Part shown: positions 38,689 to 48,140 of the stretch, one piece after another
How positions within the stretch are numbered: the stretch's first letter is position 1
Layout of the letters: every line of letters starts with the position of its first letter
Assembly: GCA_902562525.1 (NCBI GenBank)
Contig: CACETT010000004.1
Span: 1-52,083, forward strand
Direction of reading: 5' to 3'
DNA: 52,083 nucleotides
Source: an uncultured Alphaproteobacteria bacterium
Lineage (GTDB): Bacteria > Pseudomonadota > Alphaproteobacteria > UBA7887
Program-made: the position numbers and the translations under genes
The notes under the pieces: model-generated
What the model was told of the DNA's origin: nothing
The model's database searches: none
What the model saw: the letters and a program-made list of their open reading frames with translations, nothing else

Positions 38689-40095
38689 ATGTCGGAGTTG
38701 AAAAAGCTAAGCAAGGTAGACTTTGGTTCTCCAGAAAAAGTTATTGAGATTCTGAAGGCGTATTTCGGCGACCGGTTGACCACCTCTCTTGCTGTTCGAG
38801 AGCGCCATGGGACTGACGAGTCGTTTCACGCACCTCGAAGTCCTGACGCTGTGGTATTCGCTTGCAGCACCGAAGATGTGCAGTATGCCGTTAAAGTGTG
38901 TTCCAAGCATCAAGTTCCCATAATTGCATACGGCACTGGTACTTCCCTAGAGGGGCATGTAGCAGCGTTATATGGAGGGATATGCATTGATTTGTCACAG
39001 ATGAATGAGGTGGTCTCAGTAAATTCTGAAGATCTTGATTGTACGGTGCAGGCTGGTGTTACCCGTAAACAGTTGAACGAATACTTGAGGGATATGGGGT
39101 TATTTTTCCCCGTTGATCCTGGGGCAGACGCTTCAATTGGCGGCATGGCGTCAACCCGGGCAAGTGGAACCAACGCGGTGCGGTATGGAACCATGCGAGA
39201 GGCTGTGATGTCATTAAAAGTAGTTTTGGCAGACGGCAGGATTATCCGCACGGCAACTCGGAGCAGAAAGTCCTCAGCTGGATATGATTTGACCAGGCTG
39301 TTTGTGGGATCTGAAGGGACGCTGGGCATCATTACCGAAATCACACTGCGACTGCACGGTATCCCGGAGGCTATCTCGGCGGCAATCTGTTCCTTTCCTT
39401 CAATAGATGATGCGGTAGGTTCGGTCATAGAGACTATTCAGTTGGGAATCCCGGTAGCCCGAATTGAATTGCTAGATGACGCGACGATGATGGGAGTTAA
39501 CTCCTTTTCGAAAACTGATTATCCAGTATCTCACACCTTATTTTATGAATTTCATGGAAGCCAAACTAGTGTTGAAGAGCATTCTAGGCAGGCTCAGGAT
39601 ATAGCTGCTGGCTTTGGTGGTGGGGATTTTAAATGGGAAACCAAGGCAGAGGACAGGAATCGCTTGTGGCAGGCCCGGCATGATGCTCTCTACGCTATGA
39701 ATGCGCTGCGACCTGGTTCAAAACCAATGGTGACCGATGTGTGCGTTCCCATTTCCCAGTTGGCACAATGTATTAGCGAAACTAAGGCTGACATAGAGTG
39801 CTCCTCAATAATGGCTCCAATAGCTGGGCATGCAGGTGACGGTAATTTTCATGTAGTATATTTGGTTGATACCGATTCTCACGGTGAGTTGAAGGAAGCA
39901 GGAGATATGCACGACAGGCTAGTCGCCAGAGCACTTGCACTCGGAGGGACTTGTACAGGAGAGCACGGTATAGGATATGGGAAAATTGACTTTCTTAACG
40001 CGGAACTTGGTGAGGGGGTAAGCGTAATGCGTTCCATTAAGCTTGCGTTAGATCCAAATAATATTATGAATCCAGGAAAAATCATAAACGTGTAG
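38689..40095 (+). CDS. FAD-linked D-2-hydroxyacid (D-lactate) dehydrogenase, GlcD/Dld family
   Basis: 'GTGTSLEGH', 'FFPVDPGADASIGGM', 'SSAGYDLT', 'GHAGDGNFH', 'GEHGIG', 'MNPGK'. Confidence 0.92.
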   Translation: MSELKKLSKVDFGSPEKVIEILKAYFGDRLTTSLAVRERHGTDESFHAPRSPDAVVFACSTEDVQYAVKVCSKHQVPIIAYGTGTSLEGHVAALYGGICIDLSQMNEVVSVNSEDLDCTVQAGVTRKQLNEYLRDMGLFFPVDPGADASIGGMASTRASGTNAVRYGTMREAVMSLKVVLADGRIIRTATRSRKSSAGYDLTRLFVGSEGTLGIITEITLRLHGIPEAISAAICSFPSIDDAVGSVIETIQLGIPVARIELLDDATMMGVNSFSKTDYPVSHTLFYEFHGSQTSVEEHSRQAQDIAAGFGGGDFKWETKAEDRNRLWQARHDALYAMNALRPGSKPMVTDVCVPISQLAQCISETKADIECSSIMAPIAGHAGDGNFHVVYLVDTDSHGELKEAGDMHDRLVARALALGGTCTGEHGIGYGKIDFLNAELGEGVSVMRSIKLALDPNNIMNPGKIINV

Positions 40096-40144
40096 TTTTT
40101 CTGAAGTTGCACTAGCTGGGAAAGTTAAGGAAAGAGGGTTTTCA

Positions 40145-41650
40145 GTGCGCGAAAATATCGATGAACTATATGCTGGAGGGTTCACCTTTGATAATACGTT
40201 CTCCCGCCTTCCTGAGCGATTTTATACCCGTCTCGCACCAACTCCAGTTTCCTCCCCAAAAGTTATCAAGGTAAACGAGGAATTGGCCGAAATTTTGGGT
40301 CTTGATCCCGAGGCTCTGGGGGGTCGTGTTGGTGCCAACATACTAAGTGGAAATTGTGTGCCGGAGGGATCGGAGCCCTTGGCAATGGTTTATGCGGGCC
40401 ATCAATTTGGAGGCTGGGTGCCACAACTTGGGGATGGGAGAGCTATTTTGTTGGGCGAAATAGTGGGGCGCGATGACGTAAGGCGAGATATTCAGTTGAA
40501 AGGTGCTGGGCCTACCCCGTATTCGCGTAGCGGCGATGGCAGAGCTGCCTTGGGGCCCGTTCTGCGGGAATACATTTTGAGTGAAGCAATGTGGCGGCTG
40601 GGGATTGCAACCACCCGATCACTCGCTGCTGTTGATACAGGTGATACAGTTCTTCGTGAAGAGGAGCTTCCAGGAGCGATTGTGGTCCGTGTAGCCGAGA
40701 GTCATATTCGGGTTGGTACTTTCCAATTTTTTTCGTCGCGATCAGATATTGTGGGTCTGAAAGCATTAGCTGATTATGTGATTGAGAGACACTTTCCCAG
40801 TATAGATAATGTGGATGGCAAATACGAAGCCTTGCTGGAGGAGGTAGTGAAGCGGCAGGCTAGCCTTATTGCACATTGGCAACTAATTGGATTCATTCAC
40901 GGTGTAATGAATACAGACAATACCTCGGTCGTGGGCGAAACAATCGACTATGGTCCGTGTGCATTTATGGATAGCTATGACCCTAAAAAGGTTTTTAGCT
41001 CAATTGATCAATTTGGACGCTATGCTTATAGCAATCAGCCTGGAATTGGCTACTGGAATATTGGGTGCTTTGGGCAGACATTGCTGCCATTGATTGAGGG
41101 GGGTAAAAAATCAGCTCTGGATAGGGTTCAGAAAATAGTGGCTAAGTACCCAGAGTTGTTTGGGGAGGCCTATTTAGTGGGGTTCAAAAAAAAGCTTGGG
41201 TTACGAAAGCAACTGGATGGTGATGAAATGCTTGGTCAGGATTTGTTGCAAGAGATGGCAGAAGAAGGGCTGGATTATACCGTGACCTTCCGGCACCTAA
41301 CTTCATATCATGGTTCAAATGCCGCTAGGGTCGCAGCGGCACAACATTTTTTTGGGGTCTCTAAAGGGCTTAAGGATTGGATTGCGCGATGGTCTCGGAG
41401 ATTGCAGGAGGATTGGGTAGGCAGCCATGGTTGGGAGACAGTTATGGGGTCAGAAAATCCTGTGTATATTCCAAGAAATCATCTTGTCGAAGAGGCAATC
41501 AAATATGCAGTGAGCGAAAATGATTATACCTACTTTCATAAACTTGTAGGAGTTCTTGAAAATCCATACGAAGAGGTCATGTCCTCGGCTAAATATGGGC
41601 TGCCCCCGGAGCCGCACGAAGAGGTCAAGGCGACGTTTTGTGGAACATAG
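40145..41650 (+). CDS. selO: Protein adenylyltransferase SelO (YdiU)
   Basis: 'YAGHQFG..QLGDGRA', 'QLKGAGPTPYSRSGDGRA', 'HGVMNTDN', 'DYGP', C-terminal 'TFCGT'. Confidence 0.95.
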   Translation: MRENIDELYAGGFTFDNTFSRLPERFYTRLAPTPVSSPKVIKVNEELAEILGLDPEALGGRVGANILSGNCVPEGSEPLAMVYAGHQFGGWVPQLGDGRAILLGEIVGRDDVRRDIQLKGAGPTPYSRSGDGRAALGPVLREYILSEAMWRLGIATTRSLAAVDTGDTVLREEELPGAIVVRVAESHIRVGTFQFFSSRSDIVGLKALADYVIERHFPSIDNVDGKYEALLEEVVKRQASLIAHWQLIGFIHGVMNTDNTSVVGETIDYGPCAFMDSYDPKKVFSSIDQFGRYAYSNQPGIGYWNIGCFGQTLLPLIEGGKKSALDRVQKIVAKYPELFGEAYLVGFKKKLGLRKQLDGDEMLGQDLLQEMAEEGLDYTVTFRHLTSYHGSNAARVAAAQHFFGVSKGLKDWIARWSRRLQEDWVGSHGWETVMGSENPVYIPRNHLVEEAIKYAVSENDYTYFHKLVGVLENPYEEVMSSAKYGLPPEPHEEVKATFCGT

Positions 41651-41695
41651 GGTTGCAGATTGAAAAACTCACTTTTGGATCTTTTAAGGATTGGT

Positions 41696-43360
41696 TTAGA
41701 TCGGTATTTCTATATTGCCTAACCGGGCTGTTAATTTGCGGTTTTCCCTATAGTCTACTGGTACGGCGATAATTGCAGGGCCCTCTTGTTGGAAGGCCTC
41801 CTCTAGCGACGTCGGGAGCTGATCTACTGCTGTAAGCGCTTTCCCCCACATTCCATACGCCTCTGCCAATTTCTCAAAGTCGGGATTATTAAATTCTAAA
41901 TCCGAATGCTTCCCAGAAAATTGGTCCTGTTGTTTCCATTTGATCAAACCGTACTCGCCATCCACCCACACCATAGCAACTATATTTAATTTTTTCCGTA
42001 CTGCTGTTTCTAGATCCTGGGCGTTCATACTAAAGCCGGCATCACCATTGATGGATAGGATCTTTCTGTCGGGCAAAGCTATTTTGGCCCCTATGGACCC
42101 TGGCATCGCAAATCCCATTGAACAAAAACCATTTGAAATCAGACAAGTATTAGGTTGGAAACATTGGTAGTAACGTGATATCCACATCTTGTGTGCGCCC
42201 ACATCTGATAGAAGTATGTCATTCGGCCCCAAAAAATTTCGCACCTCATATAAGATTTTCTGGGGTTTCATTGGAAAACACTGATCGTTCATTTCAGCCA
42301 AAAAGTCGTGGGTTAGGGTGGCTCTGAGATCTTTTCTGGATTTTATATCAAAGAGTGGCAGTGGCCTTTCTTTTCTCGATTCTAACGCTTGGTTGAGTTG
42401 CCAGAGCCCATCCGCCAAGTCGCCGACAATTTCTACTGAGGGTGCGTAGTCGCGGTCCACCTCAGCGGGCCAAAAATCCATATGGATGATTTTCTTTTGT
42501 GACTGATTGGTTCTGTTCCAGGCTTTGGGTGCGTATTCCACAAGATCGTATCCACAAGAAATGATAAGATCTGCGCTATCAAAGGCGAGGTTATTGTAGT
42601 CCCCCGTTCCTAGGCCAATCGTATACAAGCAATGTTCGTCATCCATAGGAATTGCGCCTTTTCCCATAAAAGTGTTTACGACTCCGGCTCCAATGTTGTG
42701 GGCGAGTTTAGTTAATTGTTTGGCGGCCCTTTTTCTAATGGCGCCGTTCCCGGCTAAAATAATGGGACTCTTGGAGCTATAAATTAATTCAGCTGCCTGT
42801 GCTACGGATTTGTGATCGGCTGCTGGGCGTCGGACTTTTATTGGTTTCATTGGCTTATCTTGGATGTCTTTCTTGGCCACATCTTCAGGAAGTTCAATGA
42901 CGCACACTCCAGGCTTTTCCGTCTCCGAAAGTTTAAAAGCTTTGCGGATAACCTCGGTTATATTTTCCGGCGCGAGGACAGAGACCGACCACTTGGTTAT
43001 GGGCTCGCACATCCGAATTGCATCCATTATTTGATGACTTTCTTTGTGTTGGCGAGTGGTTGACCCTTGGCCTACGATGGCAACAACAGGGGCTCTGTCC
43101 ATATTTGCATCAGCTAGTCCAGTGAGAAGATTTGTAACCCCTGGTCCAAGGGTGGCAAGGCAGACGCCAGCTTTACCTGTCAGGCGACCGTATGCGTCAG
43201 CGGCAAAAGCTGCCGCTTGTTCGTGTCGACAAAGTACAAAGTCAATTGGGGAATTGATAAGAGAGATCATTAGGTCTGCATTTTCTTCTCCAGGAACTCC
43301 AAAAATACGCTCCACACCTTCGTTTTCCAGGCATTTAACAAACAAATCTGACGCTTTCAT
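41696..43360 (-). CDS. ThDP-dependent enzyme, acetolactate synthase large-subunit-like (stand-alone)
   Basis: 'FGVPGEEN', 'RHEQAAAF', 'TLGPG', ThDP motif 'GDAGFSMN'; no small subunit nearby. Confidence 0.9.
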   Translation of the reverse strand: MKASDLFVKCLENEGVERIFGVPGEENADLMISLINSPIDFVLCRHEQAAAFAADAYGRLTGKAGVCLATLGPGVTNLLTGLADANMDRAPVVAIVGQGSTTRQHKESHQIMDAIRMCEPITKWSVSVLAPENITEVIRKAFKLSETEKPGVCVIELPEDVAKKDIQDKPMKPIKVRRPAADHKSVAQAAELIYSSKSPIILAGNGAIRKRAAKQLTKLAHNIGAGVVNTFMGKGAIPMDDEHCLYTIGLGTGDYNNLAFDSADLIISCGYDLVEYAPKAWNRTNQSQKKIIHMDFWPAEVDRDYAPSVEIVGDLADGLWQLNQALESRKERPLPLFDIKSRKDLRATLTHDFLAEMNDQCFPMKPQKILYEVRNFLGPNDILLSDVGAHKMWISRYYQCFQPNTCLISNGFCSMGFAMPGSIGAKIALPDRKILSINGDAGFSMNAQDLETAVRKKLNIVAMVWVDGEYGLIKWKQQDQFSGKHSDLEFNNPDFEKLAEAYGMWGKALTAVDQLPTSLEEAFQQEGPAIIAVPVDYRENRKLTARLGNIEIPI

Positions 43361-43690
43361 TGGACCTCCAAATTTCGGCGGTAACGGCCGTTAAATTATG
43401 ATATTAAACTTATTATCTCCAGCAGGTTTCCCCAAAACGCGGGGCAGCCAAATTTTTGAACTAGGGCCTTAGGTTAACCAATAGAAAAAAGTATGGCATC
43501 TTTAATTTTTTATGTCGCGCTTTACCAATCTAAACTTGTCCGGCATACAGTCTTGAGACATTCTGTTTGGCCTCAGGTTAGCACATGCCAATCGGATTAA
43601 TTCAGCGAAGTCAGTTTGGAGATAAATTCGCCTATTCGGCGACTTTATTATAACGCCATAATTTTGCCACGTTTTCGGAAATAATCAATT

Positions 43691-46600
43691 GTGGGGAACG
43701 CTTTGAAGATTATCTTATATACCGGGACCGGGCTTTTTGTGTTTTGTGTTGGCTTTGTGTTGATAGTCCCTGGTTTAATGGACTGGAATCAATATAAAGG
43801 CCAAATAGTTGATAGGGTTGCTTACGAGCTGGGTAGGGAGTTTGCCGTATCCGGGGACATTTCACTTTCTGTGATTCCCAAAACAAAATTTTCTTTAAAG
43901 GGGGTTCATATCGGCAGTATCGAAGGCGCCGTTGTTCCTCATATGGCCGAGGTCCATTCAGTTGATGTCGAGGTTGCTTTCGTACCCTTGTTAATGGGGT
44001 CTATTCAAATAATGCGGGTTATTTTGGTCGAACCCACAATAGTTTTGGAAAGGCTTGCTGACGGTCGCACCAACTGGGTTTGGGATGAAAGTAAGAACGC
44101 GGGCTCACGGCTATTCTCCGGTAAATTTTTGGCAGATATTTCGCTTGAGGAGGTTGTGATTTCAGCTGGGAATTTTGAATATGTAGATGCTCCTAACGGT
44201 CACAGGTATCAGATTCAGGACGTCAATTTAAGCATGTCTGCACCCAGTTTGAGCGGGCCATTCCAGTTTAATGGAGTGTTAAGAGCCTTCGGTAGTGAAG
44301 TTTTGGTTGAATCAATTTTGGTGGAGGTAAGTCCTCAGAATGATATCTTGACGCGAGGGCAAATAAGATCGCAGGGGCTCCAGTTAAAATATTCCGCTAG
44401 CTCAAACACTAATGCCGAAGGCGTTTCTTCTTGGGTAGGTGCCCTTAAAGTTTATCCAGATGGAGGGAATAGGTTGCCCGCAGGCTGGTCCAAGTTGCAG
44501 GAGATTTTACTTGGCACCAAGGCCATCGACCCAGAATTGTTTCAATTTTCTTCTGACTTTAGTTGGCAAGGCGGCGTGTTGGATATTTCAGAATCGGAAT
44601 TCCGTTTAGGTGAGTTAAAGGGTAGTGCTGTTGGTTCTTTGGGGTCTAATAGAGTTAGCGGACGAGTTAATTTGGGTCGTCTCAATCTGGACAGGGTTCT
44701 CAACTCTGAGATTTCTTTGGGAGATGAACAAATAGCGGTTGAGTTGGTGTCGAAGGTTGTTGACTTGATATCAAGTTTGTCTAACAGACCAAGTTTGGTT
44801 GCGGATGTAATATTGGTTGCGGATGCGATCCAATACAAGGGTGAGGTAATTAGAAATGTGGTTGTGGATGCAGGTATTAATGATGGGGTAATAAGGTTAA
44901 ATCAATGTTCTGTTAGGCTTCCCGGGGCGTCCTCTCTTGCTTTGGAGGGGCAGTTCTATTTGGAGCAGGACATCCCAGGTTTCCTTGGGACAGCCCGGGG
45001 AAGCTCTGATAACCTTCGAGCTTTGCTTAAGTGGCTATCTGTGGAACTAGATTCATTATCAGGGGAGCGGTTGAGGCGGTTATTGTTTTCAACAAAAATT
45101 CAGGGAACACTAACATCGGGCAATCTTACAGATGTCGATCTACAATTGGATACCAGCCTGATACGAGGCGGTGTTGCTTATGCAGTTTCCAATGGCCGGG
45201 TTGGTCTGGGAATAGGCCTTCACGTAGATCAGTTAGACCTTGATGCGTATCGCTCCCAGGTTTTCCCGCGTGAGGGTGATGTTGCCTCTGACAGTAACCC
45301 CTACATCACAATTTTGTCGGCCTTTGATGCTGATTTTGATGTTCGGCTTGACGAAGTGACCGCCAATGGCATGCCTGTTTCAGGTGTTATCCTAAATGGT
45401 TTGTGGCAGCAGGATGATCTGGATGTTCGAGAGATTGCTGTTCGAGAGTTTTTAGGTTCGTCTATTAAATTCACTGGTATGGTGAGTGATCTCTTCTTAA
45501 ATCCTTCTATTCAGGGTTCCTTTAGTGGAAGTGCCAAAAGGTTGGGCTCTTTGGCGAGAGTTTTTCCAGAAATTAATGGGCTTCCGCAATTTCTTTTGGG
45601 CCCGATAGCAGCAGAACTGGCAGTCCAAGGCGACTTGGAGCAAATGACAATGGATGGAGTCGTTGAGCTTCTGGAAAGCCAGATCGCTCTACAGGGTAGT
45701 ATTGTGGATGTTCTGAAAACTCGAAGGATAGACGTGTCGGCGGAAGTGGGGGTAGCTAGTTTGGCTGAGTTTGGAGCGCTCTTGTCGAATTACGATATTG
45801 CAGTGCCAGAGGTAGTTTTAGGAGCCGAAATTCCCGTTACCCTTAGTGCTGACGTTGCTGGGGTGGTTCCCAACTTCGATGTGGGGGCTATTGCGATGGT
45901 AGGTGATGGTTTTCTGCAGGCGACGGGTACTCTCACAAAAATTGACCGAACCTTTAAGTATGACGTGTATGGGGATTTTACCCACTCAAATATAGGTGAT
46001 TTCTTGGAGATTTTCTGGAGAGAACCGCTGCCTGGTTTCCTAAAGGCTGATGCAGAAACTGCAGTTGATTTGCACTTTAATGGCGGGCCCGCCAACTTTA
46101 ATTGGGAGGGGGGCATCGCCAGGGGGGATCTCAATATCGCCGGGTTTGGCAACTATGATGCCGGGGAGAATGAAATGTCTTTTGTTATAGAGCACCCAGA
46201 CATGCCGACATTTATATCTGAGCTCGGGGTCAACGAAGGCGGCAGTCTTTCGGATGGTCCAATTGGCTTTTCAATTATATTGCAAGGCGGGTTGGATGGT
46301 ATAAAAATCCCGGACCTTGAAGTGACCACACCGGCTAGTGATCTTCATGGGAATCTTGCCGTTCATACAAATGGCAACGAGCACAAATTGCTTGGGTCCT
46401 TCACTTCCAGGAATTTGGATCTCAATGAATTATCTGCCTTACTTGCCGTAATGGAGGCCGGAAATTATGAGGTCTCTAGTCACGCAGATAAGGGAGCCGT
46501 GTCATCATTGGCTGAACCAGTTCTGGATGGATATGACCCAGTTGGTTGGGGCAGTTTATCTGCCGATATTATTTTGAAAGTGGCCAACATGAGAGGTCTA

Positions 46601-47527
46601 GGGCAGACATTCGAGAATGTTGATGCAAAGTTAAATGTGACACCAAATTCCATCAATATTGTGAATTTCTTGGGTCTTTGGGGAGGTGGAAATTTTAATG
46701 TCGAGGGGGTCTTGGCAAGGGAGCCGGATCCTAGTTTTGATGTCACCTTCTCTCTGGAGGAGGCCGATTTAAGTGAGGTGTTAGCAAGCTATGATGGCTT
46801 CGGTCCCCTTTCGGGTCGGGTGACACTGCAAGCCAGTTTGACAGGACAAGGTGGAGATAAAGAACAGAGAATAAAAACATTGTCGGGGAATGGCCGGATA
46901 ACCGGAGACGCAGGAGGAACTATAACGGGAATTAGTTTTCACGAGTTTTTGGAGAAATCGCGTAACCTAGATCAAGTGGGTGATTTTATCGATCTGGTTC
47001 CCACAATTTTAGGTGAGGGGCAAACATTATTTACCGGTTTCAAGGGAAATTTTGAAGCCGATAAAGGAAAAATTAAAACAGAAGACCTGGTGTTTGTTTT
47101 GGATGAGGGAACGGCTAATGTTTCGGGACTTATAGATTTGGGGGCGTGGACGCAGGATCTAGAGGTGAAGACTATTTTGGCCGACCATGACCTTCCCCTG
47201 CCCATTACACTGTATATTGAGGGCGAGTTGGGAGCGCCGGATGTGGGCGTGCGTGTCACAGAGTTAGAAAGCTATTTGCGATCAATTTTTCATGAGGTCC
47301 AAGGTGTTTCGGAGGATATCCAAGGAATAGTTAACGATGTAGAGGATATCAGTTTGGAACAAACTCTGGAGGGGGCTAATCCTATAGGGGCTGCGGAGGA
47401 TTTAATTGAGCAACTTATTGACGGGGGTTCTGCTGAGCAATCGGACCCTATCGAAGATAACCTAACACCTAACCAAGTGGAGGATACTGAGTTCCGCGAT
47501 CTTTTACAGGAACTGTTGCAGGATTGA
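43691..47527 (+). CDS. AsmA-family (bridge-like lipid transfer) protein, 1278 aa
   Basis: N-terminal TM then 'DWNQYKGQI...GREFAVSGDISLS..P' and 'LERLADGRTNW'; beta-rich body; C-terminal 'LSGNG..G.I.GI' and 'G.IDLG'. Confidence 0.85.
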   Translation: MGNALKIILYTGTGLFVFCVGFVLIVPGLMDWNQYKGQIVDRVAYELGREFAVSGDISLSVIPKTKFSLKGVHIGSIEGAVVPHMAEVHSVDVEVAFVPLLMGSIQIMRVILVEPTIVLERLADGRTNWVWDESKNAGSRLFSGKFLADISLEEVVISAGNFEYVDAPNGHRYQIQDVNLSMSAPSLSGPFQFNGVLRAFGSEVLVESILVEVSPQNDILTRGQIRSQGLQLKYSASSNTNAEGVSSWVGALKVYPDGGNRLPAGWSKLQEILLGTKAIDPELFQFSSDFSWQGGVLDISESEFRLGELKGSAVGSLGSNRVSGRVNLGRLNLDRVLNSEISLGDEQIAVELVSKVVDLISSLSNRPSLVADVILVADAIQYKGEVIRNVVVDAGINDGVIRLNQCSVRLPGASSLALEGQFYLEQDIPGFLGTARGSSDNLRALLKWLSVELDSLSGERLRRLLFSTKIQGTLTSGNLTDVDLQLDTSLIRGGVAYAVSNGRVGLGIGLHVDQLDLDAYRSQVFPREGDVASDSNPYITILSAFDADFDVRLDEVTANGMPVSGVILNGLWQQDDLDVREIAVREFLGSSIKFTGMVSDLFLNPSIQGSFSGSAKRLGSLARVFPEINGLPQFLLGPIAAELAVQGDLEQMTMDGVVELLESQIALQGSIVDVLKTRRIDVSAEVGVASLAEFGALLSNYDIAVPEVVLGAEIPVTLSADVAGVVPNFDVGAIAMVGDGFLQATGTLTKIDRTFKYDVYGDFTHSNIGDFLEIFWREPLPGFLKADAETAVDLHFNGGPANFNWEGGIARGDLNIAGFGNYDAGENEMSFVIEHPDMPTFISELGVNEGGSLSDGPIGFSIILQGGLDGIKIPDLEVTTPASDLHGNLAVHTNGNEHKLLGSFTSRNLDLNELSALLAVMEAGNYEVSSHADKGAVSSLAEPVLDGYDPVGWGSLSADIILKVANMRGLGQTFENVDAKLNVTPNSINIVNFLGLWGGGNFNVEGVLAREPDPSFDVTFSLEEADLSEVLASYDGFGPLSGRVTLQASLTGQGGDKEQRIKTLSGNGRITGDAGGTITGISFHEFLEKSRNLDQVGDFIDLVPTILGEGQTLFTGFKGNFEADKGKIKTEDLVFVLDEGTANVSGLIDLGAWTQDLEVKTILADHDLPLPITLYIEGELGAPDVGVRVTELESYLRSIFHEVQGVSEDIQGIVNDVEDISLEQTLEGANPIGAAEDLIEQLIDGGSAEQSDPIEDNLTPNQVEDTEFRDLLQELLQD

Positions 47528-47691
47528 AGGTTGTGCGAAATTATGGGTCGGTAGAATTTGCGCCAGACTGGTTGAATTTTCGGAGGCATAGAGCATGCAT
47601 TGGTGGCTTACTTTCCCGGAACTCCCCCTTTTTTAGGTTGTCATCTTCTTAGATTCTTGTGCTATCCTCTGTCGCGATGCTAGGAGGTATA

Positions 47692-48111
47692 ATGAAAAAA
47701 ATAATTTACTTGGGTTCGATAATTTGGCTGTTGTTTGCCGTTCTACCTGTGGTGGCGGAGGATTGCGGGCTAAGGCCAGATAAACCGCAGTTACCAGATG
47801 GAAAAATAGCAGGCCCCGAAGAGATGAAAGATGGTTTGGACTCGACAGGGGAGTATACTTCGGCTCTGGAGAAATACGCCTCCTGTTTGGTTGCTTTAGC
47901 CCAAAAGAATGAGGATGAGCTTGGCAGATTGTTACAAGAAATATCTTCTGCAGAAAAAGCCCTACATGAGACTGTTGATTTGGTTCGGTCCATTGAGGGT
48001 CGCCGGGATAGTTTAATAAGTGAGGCGCAAGCAGCGGTTGAGGAAAGAAATGTGTTGGTTCAAGAATGGAACGAAGCAGCCCAATTGTTTAAGGCACGGT
48101 TAGAGGATTAA
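47692..48111 (+). CDS. Hypothetical secreted protein with Cys pair and coiled coil
   Basis: AGGAGG SD; signal peptide 'MKKIIYLGSIIWLLFAVLPVVA'; 'C..PDG..EM..Y..CL' then heptad-rich helix. Confidence 0.75.
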   Translation: MKKIIYLGSIIWLLFAVLPVVAEDCGLRPDKPQLPDGKIAGPEEMKDGLDSTGEYTSALEKYASCLVALAQKNEDELGRLLQEISSAEKALHETVDLVRSIEGRRDSLISEAQAAVEERNVLVQEWNEAAQLFKARLED

Positions 48112-48140
48112 AATTTTGTTAGAAAAACGTGATTTGGCTG

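Noticed and set aside
41630-41660. Possible selenocysteine read-through at the SelO C-terminus
   Set aside because: The protein ends TFCGT followed by TAG, not TGA; this is the Cys-type bacterial form
43391-43407. TTAA-N9-TTAA upstream of the ALS-like gene as a CtrA box
   Set aside because: CtrA needs N7 spacing, and the AT-rich context makes chance matches likely
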